Shown piece after piece: positions 38,663 through 51,906 of a DNA stretch of 64,000 nucleotides. The DNA comes from Callorhinchus milii (taxonomy: Eukaryota): assembly GCF_018977255.1 (NCBI RefSeq), contig NW_024704742.1, positions 80,168,001 to 80,232,000 on the forward strand. Direction: 5' to 3'. Each line of letters begins with the position of its first letter. Position 1 is the stretch's first letter. The notes beneath the pieces were generated by a model that was not told the origin of the DNA, did no database searches, and worked only from the letters and a program-made list of their open reading frames with translations. The position numbers and the translations under genes are program-made.

Positions 38663-39789
38663 ATTTTATTAAACTATTAACAACTTGGCTTGCAGGGTTG
38701 ACAGCAGCTGAGTGGGAAGAATCTCTGTCCCATTGATTGGTCCCAAAGGCTTTTGGTTTAAGGAATATTATAACTGCTGCAGAATTTCTAGAGAATGATG
38801 AGAGGAAAATAAAAATGCAGTTTCCAAAGGAGTTTTTTTTAATAACAGATTTCTTGAAAGGAAGAAAAACAGTGATATATTTTAAAAGATTACAAATGCT
38901 ATTTCAGATCTTGAGTGGATATCCCCAGCTACTGAATCATACAATTATTACAATCTCACTAGTTTGCAATAAACATTTGTGTTTTTGTCAAAGGCAATTT
39001 TTCTCAAGTTCTGTTTATTTTATCCCCTTTATCCATGTGATTTATTAAACCCAAGAGAAATAATGCTATTATTTTAAGATATAAAACTGGGTCAGCAGTT
39101 TGCAGACTCCAAGGTGGAAACCATAATAATCCTCAATGCATTCTGACTGGAGTCCTTAAAACCTGCCTTTTATAACATGCATGGGACTGAACAGTGTCCC
39201 CACCCCACCATTCCATCTTTAATACACCCTTGTGATAAGGAAAGAACTGAATATGTTTCGTAATACAGCAATGTTGACTTCTCGGGAACTGAAGATGCTG
39301 CATCATTCATCAACCAGGAGGTTAATGTGAGACAGAAAACTGAAGAATGACTTCTCAGTTTAAATCACCTATCCTTATTGGGTGGGTTTCTGCCGTTATT
39401 GACTATTATGTTATTATCTCCCAGAAATTGTGATTTGTCTGACGGAAACAGAAATTCTGTCATCAGAGTGTGGTTGAGCCTTTCAAAAAAAATTGTCTTC
39501 ATATTTAAGATTGTGCAGAATTTTGGAGAAATATTAAATTCAGTCTGAATCAGGAAACTGGCTTCATATCGACTGCAAAAGAATTTAACGTCTTCATGTG
39601 TTAAGGCTAATCCAATATGTGATCAAGAGTACTGCGCTGTTTCAGCGATTTTAAGGACTTGAGATCATGTTTGATAAAAATTGATGACCTGAAAAAAAAC
39701 ACCAAAGAAAGACATTAGTTTTAATAAACAGGCAATATATATGCAAATAATGGAGTCCATTTTGTACTGTTAATAAGAAGTGCAATTGA

Positions 39790-39912
39790 AAGCTGGGTCA
39801 GTTCCATAGGCACCAGCTCTAGTACCTCAGCTAAGTGGTATTTTTTTCACATGTGAGACAAGATTGTTAGTATTGATGGGCTCTGTGACCAATGCGAAGC
39901 ATCCCAGCTGTG
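39790..39912 (-). mobile_element. Ancient SINE 3' relic (possibly same family as 4960-5220)
   Basis: CCATAGGCACCAGCTCTAGTACCTCAGCTAAGTGG...CACATGTGAG; recalled resemblance only. Confidence 0.35.
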
Positions 39913-41392
39913 GGTTGTTTCACCTTGATAACCCCAAGGTAAGAATAAGATGTACACTCAGACAATTAAGATGTTAGCATTCGCCTGGATTTATAGTTAG
40001 TGAGAAAAAGTGATGAGCAAAAGTTGGTTTAGTCTTACAACTGTGGAATACAACTCAGAACTGTTGGGTGATCACACCGTTGCTTGGAACACACCGTTGC
40101 CTGGAAGAGATGGAGGGGTTATCAACCTCAATTGAGTAAGTGGTCAACTTCGTGGAAGGGAGTCGGTGCTTCGATTGTTTCTGACCCAAAATGTTCTGCT
40201 ATTAACTTCCAACAAGGATAGCATTTAGAAGGATGTTTAAAAGTGAAATTTGCAGACTTAGAAAATAAATTTGATACATTGATTGTCACATTAAATGTTT
40301 CATAAAACAAGCCAAATTTTCCCCCTAAATTTCCCCCTGTATCCCTTAGCCCTGAAGGATAAAGGTTTCATGCCCTTATTCATTTCAAACTATGTTTTAT
40401 ACTTTGTGATGGGTGGTGGAAAGAGGGAAGGAAGCATATCACAAGTGTAGTTTGCAGTCTCTACACGTAACACATAGCTTCAAAAGCAGGTTAATTGGTC
40501 TTGTTGTCACTTCTACAAAATGCAATTCTGTTATGTTTTCATCCCATTACTCACTGTCAGCTAATTATTGAGGTTTAACCAACACAAGTGACGTTAGAAC
40601 AGCCTAAAATGATTAATTCTGAAAGATTTTAAACTGTCCTGAGCTGATCTACAATGATAAACATAAACATTGTTATAAGACAGTTTAGTTTTCTTCCAGT
40701 GCAGTCCTCACACATACTATAAGGACAACAGTGCTACTCTCTGTCTGAAAGGACAAGATATCATTTGAGGTATTTTGCTATTCAAGAACATAGGAAAACA
40801 GGAGCAGAAGTAATATGTTCAGGCCATCGAGCCTGATCCACTGACTGCTTGGCAGACACTGGCCCGTTCTACCATTGGCAGTCAGGCTCTCAGCCTTTCT
40901 GCTCCCATCCTCTGAAACTCCATCCCCGAATCCCTCTGCCTTTCCTCCTCCCTGGCACCAAGTCCAGTCCTCTTTATGTTATTCACTATATGTATACCTA
41001 CACATGCAGAGCAGTGCCCTCAATTAGAAAAGAAACCACAGTGTATAGTGAGACTATTCTGGCCAAGGCACATAAGGTGTCATTACTCATTGGCTCCTCA
41101 TTTGTACTGGATAGATTGATTTAACAGGAGCAAGGAAAGAGTTATGAACCAGAACCAATTATTCCTCCCAGGAGAGAAGGCCAGCCACAGTACTGTACAG
41201 CTTATACATCTGAAGGTAAAGTCAGCAAGTAGTAAGAAATTGGAAGCTCTTTCGCTGACTCCCCCAACACAGATAAGACTGTGAATACATAGTTTTCTAC
41301 ATTATTATTTATTTGTCTGCTTCACCGCCAGTCTCAAGATTTGTAATCCTGAACATTAAAACAACCAAAAAAGCAGGGCTTAATGTTTAAGT

Positions 41393-41540
41393 CAACAACA
41401 ACAAGATTCCATTTATAGAGCGCCTTTCACGTTGGGAGGACGTCCCAAGCCGCTGGACAGTTGGGTCAGGACAACAACAACAACTTGGACTTATATAGAA
41501 CCCTCTACTCAGGGAAGCATCTCAGAGTGCTTAAAGTCGA
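41393..41540 (-). mobile_element. Two adjacent L2 3' tails
   Basis: (CAA)n GATTCCATTTATAGAGCGCCTTTCACGTTGGGAGGACGTCCCAAG followed by a second, older (CAA)n tail. Confidence 0.8.
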
Positions 41541-41904
41541 TCATTTACAGCACAGAATGAAGTTACAATGAACTGTGCACAAAAGAGAAGGAAAGGGAAC
41601 TATTCAATAAAATCCTAAACTGTGTGAGTTTACAGCGGAATGATTTATCTTAAGTCAGATCAATTTTCAGAATTGATTTAAGGCTAAGCTGAATCAGGAT
41701 CCTGGATGAATGCAGAAAAGCTTTCCTGTTGATACTAAAGGGCTTTTCGAGAAGCAAATCTTCCCATTTCTGCTCTATGAATTCACCTGAGACTGGCTTC
41801 ATTGATAGCACTCTCGACTATGTGTCAGAAGGTTATGGGTTCAAGCCCCATTTCAGAACTTTAAACTTGCACAGTCTAATCTGACTGGTTAGATTGATCT
41901 GACA

Positions 41905-42325
41905 GGTAGCGTATTGGTTAGAGCACTCGCCCTGCAAACGAAAAGACTTGGGTTCAATTCCTGGGCTGGGCAAAATGTAAGGAAAGTTTCCTTATTCCAC
42001 ATGCTTCTACTTACATAACAGTAAATAGGAACCCGGTTGATGAACCTTGCCTCCTTCAGGATCCATCTCAAAACCCTCCTCTTTGACTGTGCTTTTGGTC
42101 ACCCTGCTACCCCTACCATCCCCGCCCTCCACCCCTCCTGATCTTAACCGTTAGGTTGGGTGCGGATCCCTGACTATCCAGTGACATGAAAGGTGCTATA
42201 CAAAAATAATTTGCTGTTATTGTTAGTCAATTGGCGGAAAGCTTTTACGGGGGTAATAATCTCTCCAAAAAAATTATAATAATACAAAATTGTTCACTCA
42301 ATCCACAATTTGTGGGACACTGCAG
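41905..42325 (+). mobile_element. Type B SINE interrupted by an L2 3' fragment (about 42044-42223)
   Basis: SINE runs to GGAACCCGGTTG and resumes at TTAGTCAATTGGCGG after an L2 segment (CCTTCAGGATCCATCTCAAAACCCTCCTCTTTGAC...GAAAGGTGCTATAC). Confidence 0.85.
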
Positions 42326-42468
42326 CATCATCACGGGGCTTTAAAAGGATCTAAAGCAATTTAAATAGTCAATATACACAGAACAATATTTTCTGATGTA
42401 ATAAAGAGGATGCAGGTTTAGAGTTGCAACAAGAAATTTTAGGACACACCAGGAAATGATTCATTACC

Positions 42469-45400
42469 TAGAATCATAGAATCATATAATTATACAGCAC
42501 AGAAGGAGGCCATTCAGCCCATCATGTCTGTGCCGGCTCTTTGAAAAGTGCTATCCAAATCGATCCCACTCCCCTGCTCTCTCCCCACAGTCCTGCAAAC
42601 TTGTCCTCCACAAATAATTATCTACTTCTCTCTTAAAAGTTGTCATCGAATCAGCTTCCACCACCCTTTCGGGCGATGCATTCCAGATCCAAACAACTCG
42701 CTGCGTGAAAAAAATTCTCCTCACCTCCCCTCTGTTTATTTTAACACCTATTTTAAATTGGTGTCCTTGGGTTACCGACCCACCCACCAGTGGAAATAGG
42801 TTTTCGTTGTTCCCCTATCAAATCTCCTCATAATTTTGAAAACTTCGATTAAGTCTGGTAAATTTCCTTTGCACCCTCTCCAATGCCTTGACATCCTTCC
42901 AAAAGTGTTGTGCCCAGAACTGAACACAGTACTCTGGCTGAGGCTCAATACGTGTTTTATAAAGGTTTATCATAACTTCCTGATTCTTGTATTCTATGCC
43001 CCTATTTATAAAGCCTAGTATCCCATATGTTTTTTTAACAGCTTTATCTCCCTGTCCTGTCACCTCCAAAGATTTACTCATATGACCCCCAGGTCTATGT
43101 TCCTTCATCCCTTTAAGATTGTACCATCGGCTTATATTGCCTCTCCTTATTCTTCCTCCCAAAATGCATCACTTCACATTTATGCACATTAAACTTCATC
43201 TGCCACGTGTCGGCCCATTTGACCAGTCTAATTATGTTCTCTTGCAGTCTGCTACTATGCTCCTCACTGTTTACTACTTTTCCCAGCTTAGTATCATCTG
43301 CAAACTTGGAAATTGTACTCCCTATACCCAAGTCCAGGTCATTTATATATATCAAGAACAGTGGTCCCAGTACCAATCCCTGGGGGACACCATTACACAC
43401 TTCCCACCAGTCAGAAAAACAACCGTTCACCACCAATCTCTGCTTTCTGTCTCCCAACCAGTTCTGTATCCATGAGGCCACTGTCCCTTTAATACCATGA
43501 GCTTCTATTTTGCTTACGAGTCTCTTATGTGGCACTTTGTTAAAAAACGCCTTTTGAAAATCCATTTGAACTACATCAACTGGACTACCTTCATCCACTC
43601 TCCATTACTTCATCAAAAAAACTCTATCAGGTTTGTTAGACATGAATTACCTTTAATAAATCTGTGTTGGCTGTCCTTTATTAATCCATATTTTTCTAAG
43701 TGAAAAATTATTTCGTCCCAGATAAAAGTCTCTAGATGTTTCCCCAATACTGACATTAGGCTGATTGGCTTGAAGCTCCAGGTTTACCCTTCTGCCCCTT
43801 TTTGTACAAAGGAGTCACATTTGCAATCCTCCAGTCCTCTGGCACCACCCCAGTGACCAAAGAGGATAGAAATATTGTGGCCAGAGCCTCCATTATTTCC
43901 ACTCTTACTTCCCTCAGTAACCTAAGATGCATCCCGTCCGGATCGGGTGACTTATCTAACTTGAGCACCGACACCTTTTACTACCTCCTCTCGGTTTATT
44001 CTTATCTTACCCAATTTCTCTACCCTCTCCTCTGATACTGTGCATTGGCTGCATCCTTTTCTTTTGTGAAGACAGATGCAAAGTACTCATTCAGTACGTC
44101 AGCCATGTCCTCTGCCTCCACCAAAAGATTTTTTCTCATACAATCTCTTTGCCCCTCTTATGTCCTTTTTCAGTTCTCCTCTGTACTTTCTATATTCTAT
44201 TGGATTATCTTCTGTATTTTGGACCTGACATTTATCATAAGCCTCCTTTTTCTGTTTTATTTTAATCCCAATTTCCTTATTCATCCAGGGATGTTTGGAT
44301 GCCCTACCTTTCCCCTTTGTGGGAATGTATTTGTTCTGTCCCCGAACTATCTCCTCCTTTAAGGCTTCACATTGCTTGTTAGCTGTTTTACTTGCTAATC
44401 TTTCTTTCCAGTTCACCTTGGCTAGGTCCCCTTTTAACTCACTGAAATTAGTCCTCTTCCAGTTGAGTATCTTCACTTCTTTCCTCGTTGGGCTGGAAGC
44501 ATACTGATCCCAAAAGCTATCCTGCACACATTTCAAGAATCCTTCCCCCTCGTTGCCCTTTACACCCTTATTTTGCCAGTCTATGTTAAGTTAATTGAAG
44601 TTCCCCATTATCACTGCTCTATTGGTTTTGCATCTTTTGTCTATCTCCTTCCCATTATTTGATGGTCTATAGTATATACCTAAAAGTTCCTTTTCTGCTC
44701 CTTAACTCTAATCAAATAGATTCTGTTTTTGGACCCTCTAGCACATCGTCCCTTTCTAGGGCCATAACTGTGTCTTTAATCAATATTGCCACTCCGCCTC
44801 CTTTTTTCCTTCCCTATTCCTCCTGAATACATTGTAGCCAGGAATATTCAGCTCCCATTCCTGCCATTGTTTGAGCCAGGTCTCCGTTATTGCCACTACA
44901 TCATAACCCCATGTGGCAACTTGAGCCTGCAGCTCACCAATCGTATTTGTTACACTCCATGCATTTACACACATGCACTCCAAGACCAACTGAGTCTGCT
45001 CTGCATTTTCCCCCGTCTTTTCCCTTCTTTTCTGGACTACTCCTTGTTACATTGCTGTTTGTCTCTCCCAGCCTTCTATGTAACTTGCTTGTCCTCTCTA
45101 ATGCTACATCGTGATTCCCTTCCCCCCTCAAAGTTAGTTCAAATCCTTCCCCACAGCACCAGTTAACCTCCCTGCAAGGACATTCATCCCAGCCCTGTTC
45201 AGATGTAACACATCCACCTTGTACAGTTCCCACCTGTCCTAGAGCTGGTCCCAATGATCGAGGAACCTGAAGCCCTCTTTTCTGCACCATTTCTCCAGCC
45301 ATGCATTCATGTGTTTGATCCCGCTGTTTTGATACTCACTTGCACGAGGCACTGGGAGTATTCCAGAGATCACCACCGATGAAGTCCTTCTCTTTAACTT

Positions 45401-45775
45401 TTTCCCACGCTTCTGATACTCTCTCTGTAGGAGCTCAGCCTTTTTTTCCCTACATTATGGATCCCAACATGGACCACGACTTCTGGATGTTCCCCTTCCC
45501 CCTGTGGAAGGTTTTGCAGTCATTCCATGATGTCTTCAACCCTGGCACCCGGGAGGCAACATACCATGCAAGAGTCATGTCTTTGGTTGTAGAAACGCCT
45601 GTCTACTCCTTTCACCATTGTGTCCCCAATGCCAATTGCATTGACACTCTTACCTGTGTCCCCCTGTGCATCCATTTGCTTTTGACTCTCCTCACAGTAC
45701 AGAGAACAGTTTTTTGAGTGCCACACTCTCAAAGGATTTCTACACTGCCCATTCCCTCTTCCTACCATAGAAGGC
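42469..45775 (-). mobile_element. Near-full-length decayed CR1 LINE (ORF1 esterase-like domain; ORF2 APE plus RT)
   Basis: ORF1: IGDTMVKG, CCLPGARVEDI, WCRKEGFRFLDHW..DVLHLN; ORF2: CVNAWSV..YDVVAITETWL, KSPDPDGMH, VPEDWRIANVTPLYKKG, DFQKAF, GVPQGLVLGP, KFADDTKL; (ATTCTATG)-type 3' repeat at about 42469-42490; many stops, frameshifts and deletions. Confidence 0.96.
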
Positions 45776-46259
45776 AATTAACAACTGGACCAAGTTGCCA
45801 GGAATATTGCTGGAGGCCAGGGCACTGGCCATTTATACAACTTGTTTTGGGAGGATAGTAGGGTGGGTATTCTGGAAGGGTGAGATCAAATAAGAGTGAA
45901 AGCCCTGCTTTAAACCAAACCAATCATTTAATCTTGTGACATGCCCATGAAAATGGAGTGCTGGAAAACTGGAGGAAAATAAACTCTTAGGAGGATTATG
46001 TAAACTTATTAAAAACAAGTTAAAAGGAATATTACAAGAGAATCCTCAAGACAAGTGTGGCTGTAATTGCTAATTGTAATTTTCCAAAATTTTTCAAGTC
46101 TCACATTGATTAAAAAGAACAATCAGTCACGGAAGGTGTAAGAAGTCACCAAGGCAAAAATGATGTAAAATGAATCAAAAGAGCATAGCTGAAATGTTGT
46201 GGTGAATATTCTGGTGAAGCATTCTGGGATGTTACTCGGTGCGAAGAGTGCTATATACA

Positions 46260-47045
46260 ACACAAAATTACATTTGTAAAGTGCTTTTCATGTCGGTAGG
46301 ACATCCAAAGGTACTGGACAGTCAGGGATTTCCCCCAGAGGATCGATTTCAAGATCCTCATCCTCACCTACAAGGCCATTCACGGCCTTGCTCCCTCCTA
46401 CCTCTCCGACCTATTATCCCCTACCTACCTGCCCGCACCTCCGTTCCTCTGGCTCCGGTTTGCTCCACATCTCCCGCCCCAACCGCCCTACCATCGGTGG
46501 CCGGGCCTTCAGCCTCTCAGCCCCGAGGCTCTGGAACTCTATCCCCCAGTGCCTTCGCCGCCCCCTCCCTTTCCTCCTTCAAGGCCGGTCTCAAGACCTT
46601 TCTCTTTGACTGTGCTTTCAGCTCCCCTCTCGACTCTCTACCCCCTCCTCGCTCCCTCCCTTCCCTCCCCTCACCCTGACCATTTCCCCCCTGCTCAGGT
46701 CCTGACCCAACTGTACAGCACCTTGGGACGTCCCCCCGACGTGAAAGGCGCTCTATAAATGGAATTTTGTTGTTGTTGTTGTTGGATTTCGACCCGAGCA
46801 GGGGTGGGGGTGGTTGGGGTAAGGGAGAGTGGAGGGCAGGGGGGTAGGAGGGTGTCAAAGGCACAGTCATAGAGGAGGGTCTTGAGACGTGCTTTGAAGG
46901 AGGCAAGGGAGGGAGCGAGGCGAAGGGAATGTGGGATGGAGTTCCAAAGGGTGGGGGCAGAGAGGCTGAAGGCCTCGATGGTGATGGTGGGTTGAGCTGG
47001 GTGGTTGACGTGGAACAGGCTGGAGCCTGATGAGTGGAGTGAACG
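46260..47045 (-). mobile_element. Older L2 3' fragment split by a younger antisense L2
   Basis: Tail at 46260-46332 continues at 46784-47045 (AFSLSAPTLWNSIP..FKARLKT on minus). Confidence 0.85.
46333..46783 (+). mobile_element. Young L2 3' fragment
   Basis: About 95% identical by eye to 33333-33786; TSD GGATTTC at 46326-46332 and 46784-46790. Confidence 0.93.
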
Positions 47046-48424
47046 GAAACGCAAGTTGTTTTTGAATATTTGCTCAGCAGTAGTTGAGCAAGCAGAAGTA
47101 ACGTATTTAAATTGTTTCATTTTCCTTTTAGTCAGTTTTAATACAGCAATAATGATAATAATAATGATGGCATTTCATAAAAGATTTGATGATAATTATC
47201 ACATTGAATCTGTTATTAAATAATTGAAATTCAGTTGATAATTATTGAACCTTCTCCTTCCTCCCCCCTCCTCCCTCCTCCCTATATATCTTTCGCCCCT
47301 CCCCCCCCCCCCTTTATTCAGTGAAGGGGTTCAAGGTGAAAGGTGAGAAACATTTGATTTGGGATGTGTACCCAGTATCCGAGAATCTGCTAGATTCTTG
47401 TCAGCGGCACTTGGGAAGATAGGGGAGCCAGCAAAGCCACTAAGCATTTAGATTGATTAAGCAATTCGGCTGACTCCTGGCAAATTGCATGTAATATTGA
47501 TAAATGAAAAGCATTAAATGTAGATAAGAAAAATATGGAGCAGCAAAACACAATGAATAAATCTGAATTATGACTGAGTGATGGTTCACAGAATTATACT
47601 CATAGAAAGTTTATAGCAAAAAAGGAGACCATTGTTGAACCCAGATTTGCCTTCCACACCATCCGGCCCATTGTGTCTATGCTAGTGCCAACTCCACATT
47701 GGATCTGCATACTCATAATAACATCAATCCTTGCATTTGTCATGTCAGCGGCAGTTCACAGGATTTACTGTGAAATTGCACACTGCAATGTTCCAAAACA
47801 ACCATGGAGTGAGTGACCAATTTTGTTTCGGGGATTGTTGTCCAGGATCGCTGTTCGAATAGTGACATGGAATCATTTACATCCACCTCTATTCTCAGTC
47901 TATTGGGCTATTATTTCTGACACCGTTTAATATTACCTCTCCTAAATTATTTTCCAATTTAATTTTCAATGCTATTATGCTCTCGAGGTTTTCTGCAATT
48001 AAACCATTTTTAATAAAACTTTCATAATGCGACTGCTACTTTCCATAATGATAATGAAAACTATGAGAAAAGGATGTGACAGGTTTTGAAGTTAATTCAC
48101 TGGAATACGTAGAAAAGAGATTGCTTAAGTAGAAAATAATCAACAATGTTGAAATTAAAAGAGGATATAGGATAAAAAGTGATGAATGAGAATACAGAAG
48201 CAACATATTAAAATGTTTTATTTTCATTTTAGCAATTTAATCGTTTGCATGTGTGATATAGTGCTTGTAAAGTGCAGTTACTGCGTATTTTTGTCAGTGA
48301 AAGTGATAACTAACTTTCACCTGCAAAAATATGCAGTCACTGCACTTTACAATGAATCCTGTCAAACAGCCATGACATGAATGACAAGATCAAGAAACAA
48401 CAGAGTACCTTTATCATTGTCAGC

Positions 48425-48705
48425 CGGGTGTCAGCCTGATGTCAATTTGTTCCACTCTCATCTGAGTCAGAACATTGTGATTTCAAGCCCGTCCTCCCCC
48501 CCACATTGGGAATTTGATCCCATAATCTAGTCTGACACACAAATGCAGTACAATGGGTGTGCAGTATGGTCAGAGGTGCTGTCCTCTGGGTGAAACATTA
48601 AACTGAGGTCCAGTCTGCCTGTTCAGCTAGACGTTGAAGATCCTGTGGCATGATTTTATTTTAAAACATGACTTTTTCTGAGTGTCCTGGCCAACAATCC
48701 TCCTG
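48425..48705 (+). mobile_element. Type C Deu-SINE
   Basis: GGGTGTCAGCC..CTGAGTCAGAACATTGTG..TCAAGCCC head; GTTGAAGATCCTGTGGCA..GTGTCCTGGCCAACAATCC. Confidence 0.75.
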
Positions 48706-49243
48706 GATAAAATAATATAATAAATAATACTTGCATTTGATATAGCCTTATCATACGGTTGAAATGTCTCACATATTCACAGAATGTATTGTAAAGTGGA
48801 CTGAGTCTTGTGCAATAATAAGTTCAGCACCAGTTTGCTTTACCCCATTAGTGTAGAGTTATTGTGTGATCCTCCAGTGCAGGATTGGACTTACATTAGC
48901 TGAAGCTGGCTTGCAATCCAGCTTGCTTCTGGTATTCTAGTTCTGTTTCTCAATTAAATCACGTCATAGAAATCTCCTAAAATCTTGCCCTTTAAATCTT
49001 CTATATCCATCATGTTATGACTCCACTTCTACAATTATCACTGGAAACCACAGAGTAAAATTTACTGTTTAACCATAATATATTCCTTGGCTTAATTAGC
49101 ACAAGGAGTATGCAAAATATCCATGAATGTATTCCTTAAAAGCTTTGAACTAATTGGTGTAAAATCTCCTCGCATACCTACACACGGTCACTCCTCCAGA
49201 TCAGATGACAGCAGCCCAATAATAAGACACTGCAAACCAACTA

Positions 49244-49351
49244 CAGGGTGACCAAAATGTCATGATAACTCCCCTATTATTTTTAAAAAATCAGCATTTC
49301 TTTAAGATTTATTGGAAATTGTAATGGTATCACAACTTTTTGGTCGCTCTG
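49244..49351. mobile_element. Tc1/mariner-like MITE
   Basis: TA|CAGGGTGACCAAAATGTCATGATAAC...GGTATCACAACTTTTTGGTCGCTCTG|TA; 20/26 TIR match; TA flanks. Confidence 0.7.
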
Positions 49352-50859
49352 TATAAAGATAGCATCCTGATCTGAATGAAAAAATACAATTGTTGCATAT
49401 GGTTCAATGCCTTTCGTGTTAGAAGGACATCTCAAATCACTTCACAGGAGTTAGTGTAACAAGTAGTGACAAACATGGGCACATTTGTTTTCGGGTATCT
49501 CCTATCGCTTATGAGGTATTTTGCGTTTTTCGCTACAGTTACACTGGGTGGCTGCTGAGTCAAATCGGTGCTGTGGCACAGGGCACCTATTGTATGTACA
49601 CACTGCAGTTACACCTGGTGGCTGTACAGGCTGACCGTGGGGCTGTGGCATCCTGCGTCACAGAGCACACATGTAGCCAAGCAGTGGGAACAAAATAAAG
49701 AACACAGACAAAGCTAATCCATGGGAACAACAAAATTACATTTTTAAAGCACCAAGTCCTCCCACTGAGTCCTCCTAAAAGGAGTCCTCTCACAGGAGTC
49801 CTCCCAGATGAGTATAGATACAGATGTCTGTCTGTCTGTGTGTCAATTTATATTCCATATTTTATCCTTTGGTTGCAAGCGTAGAGTAGCTAGTGTCTAT
49901 AAGAAGTGCAAACATTGGTAGAAAAATTACAATAATCTATTACACAGTTGCAAATTCTTACCAGTCAATAAATAAAGATATTAACTGGTTTGCAGATGGT
50001 GATTATTTCCCCCACTCCTTGTCCGCCACACAACTATGCCAATGGCTGGGTCTGAAGATTACCATGTTGACATTCTATTTGTTTTATTGTGTTAAGCCCA
50101 TAACACTCATTGCAGTTGGACCGTGTGGGTATCTACTGGCCCAACCACCATGATAGAGTCAAGATGGGCCATGCATGTGGACTAGTCAACATTTTTCTTT
50201 TCCGAGCGGCAGCGCAGAGTTTATTAACACTCCACAGGTCAAAATATTTACTCTTGTATTTAACATAACATTTCCTCTTGTCTGTTATTTAGGATGTGTT
50301 GCACTCACTTGTTACCATCATATATAAAATAAAATCTAACTTATCCTTGCATTTGATATAGCGCCTTATCATGTCTTTGAGATGTCTCAAAGCACTTCAC
50401 AGAATATACTGTAAAGTGAATTGACTGACTTGCAGATGCAATCAACAGAATATTTCCATTACTAAGGGTTTGCCTATCACTGCCAATTTATTTTCAAATT
50501 GCTGCTGTTTTTCTCTCTCTGCTCCCCACAGTTAGATTAAATCCATTATTTCTATGCGCTCACAGATGCTCCGTGTCGCAACCATAATAACAATTTGCAT
50601 CTTTATAGCGTCATTCACAAGGGGCAGCATCTCTGATTGTCTGTTCAAATGTCAATTCCAGATTTTAGCTAAAGAAGCACAGATGTGGGATTATTACCTC
50701 TCTTCAAACCATCTGAACAATTGGATATTAATGGATTGGAATGCATCCAAAGAAATCATTTTTATGTGACATATTTTCTTATTTTCTTATTTTCTGAATG
50801 CACCCAGCAAATCTTCGATCTGAGACATTGCTGGGCGTAAATTATAATAATATCAGAAA

Positions 50860-51275
50860 GAATCCTTGCATTTGATAGCACCTTATCCCATCGCTGATAT
50901 ATCTCAAAGCACTTCACAAGATGGATTGTAAAGTGGTTGACTGTATTTTGTAGGCAGAACGCAATGGCCAATTTGTGCGCAGCAATGTCTCACAAACAGC
51001 CTTGGATTGAGTGACCAATTTTATTTGGGGGATTTGTTGGCCAGTACACTGGGAGAAACATTTTGAATAGTGCTATGCAATCCTTAACGTCCACTTGAAC
51101 AGGTGGGCATGACCTTTACATCTCAGGCAAAGGATGGCACCTCTGGGAATGCAACATAACCCCAGCACTGCATTGGAGTGTCATCTTAGATTGGGTGATT
51201 TCAAGTCTCAATATGGGGCTTGAACCCACAACCTTCTGACTCAGAGAGTACTACCACTGCGACAGGCTGACACAC
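50860..51275 (-). mobile_element. Type C Deu-SINE, near full length
   Basis: Head GTGTCAGCCTG..CAGTGGTAGTACTCTCTGAGTCAGAAGGTTGTGGGTTCAAGCCCC; Deu core; tail. Confidence 0.85.
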
Positions 51276-51666
51276 AAATTGGCTGCTGAGTAGAAAATAC
51301 ATAATCCTGTGAACAAATCCTGAAAAGAGCTTCAAAATGTCTTTCCTAAAGTGAAAAACATTATACCAAATTCAAAGATTATTATTACATATTATTATTG
51401 TTAACATTATAATTACTTATCACTAGGTTAAGGAAATCTCGACTGAGGCACTACCATGTGTGAAGGGAAGTGTGCTATGTAAATTGTTATTGTTGTTGTT
51501 GAAATGTGCAGTTAAAGTAGAAACATGCCAACACAGATTGAATCAAGCTCTTCTCCTCATTTATAACAGGGCAGTATTTTCCTTCCCGCCCCCCTCTGTT
51601 GCACATCTCATTGTACATTCAAGAGGATGAGCAGTTGCCTTCTCCTTCAATCCTCTATTTACTGTT

Positions 51667-51906
51667 GAGGTAAAATTCCACCTCAGTCTAGATTTACTCT
51701 ATTTAGGTAGCATTTCAGAACTTCCAGAATTTGGCAAATTGTTGAATTCAATCTAAACTCTGAAGACGGTTTTAGATTGTCCTCAAAAGAATTTACAGAA
51801 AAACAGCTTTAAATTTAACGTTGTATTTTAAAAACTCATCACATTCTGTACACTTTAATATCCTGTGTAAATGGAGTAAATCTCGACCCAGGTGGAATTT
51901 TGCTCC
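51667..51906. mobile_element. MITE with about 39-bp TIRs
   Basis: 51667-51705 versus reverse complement of 51868-51906: 32/39 identical (core AAAATTCCACCT..GTC.AGATTTACTC.ATTTA). Confidence 0.8.

Noticed and set aside
40073..40106. 17-bp tandem duplication CACACCGTTGC(T/C)TGGAA
   Set aside because: Real but an ordinary slippage duplication with no further structure
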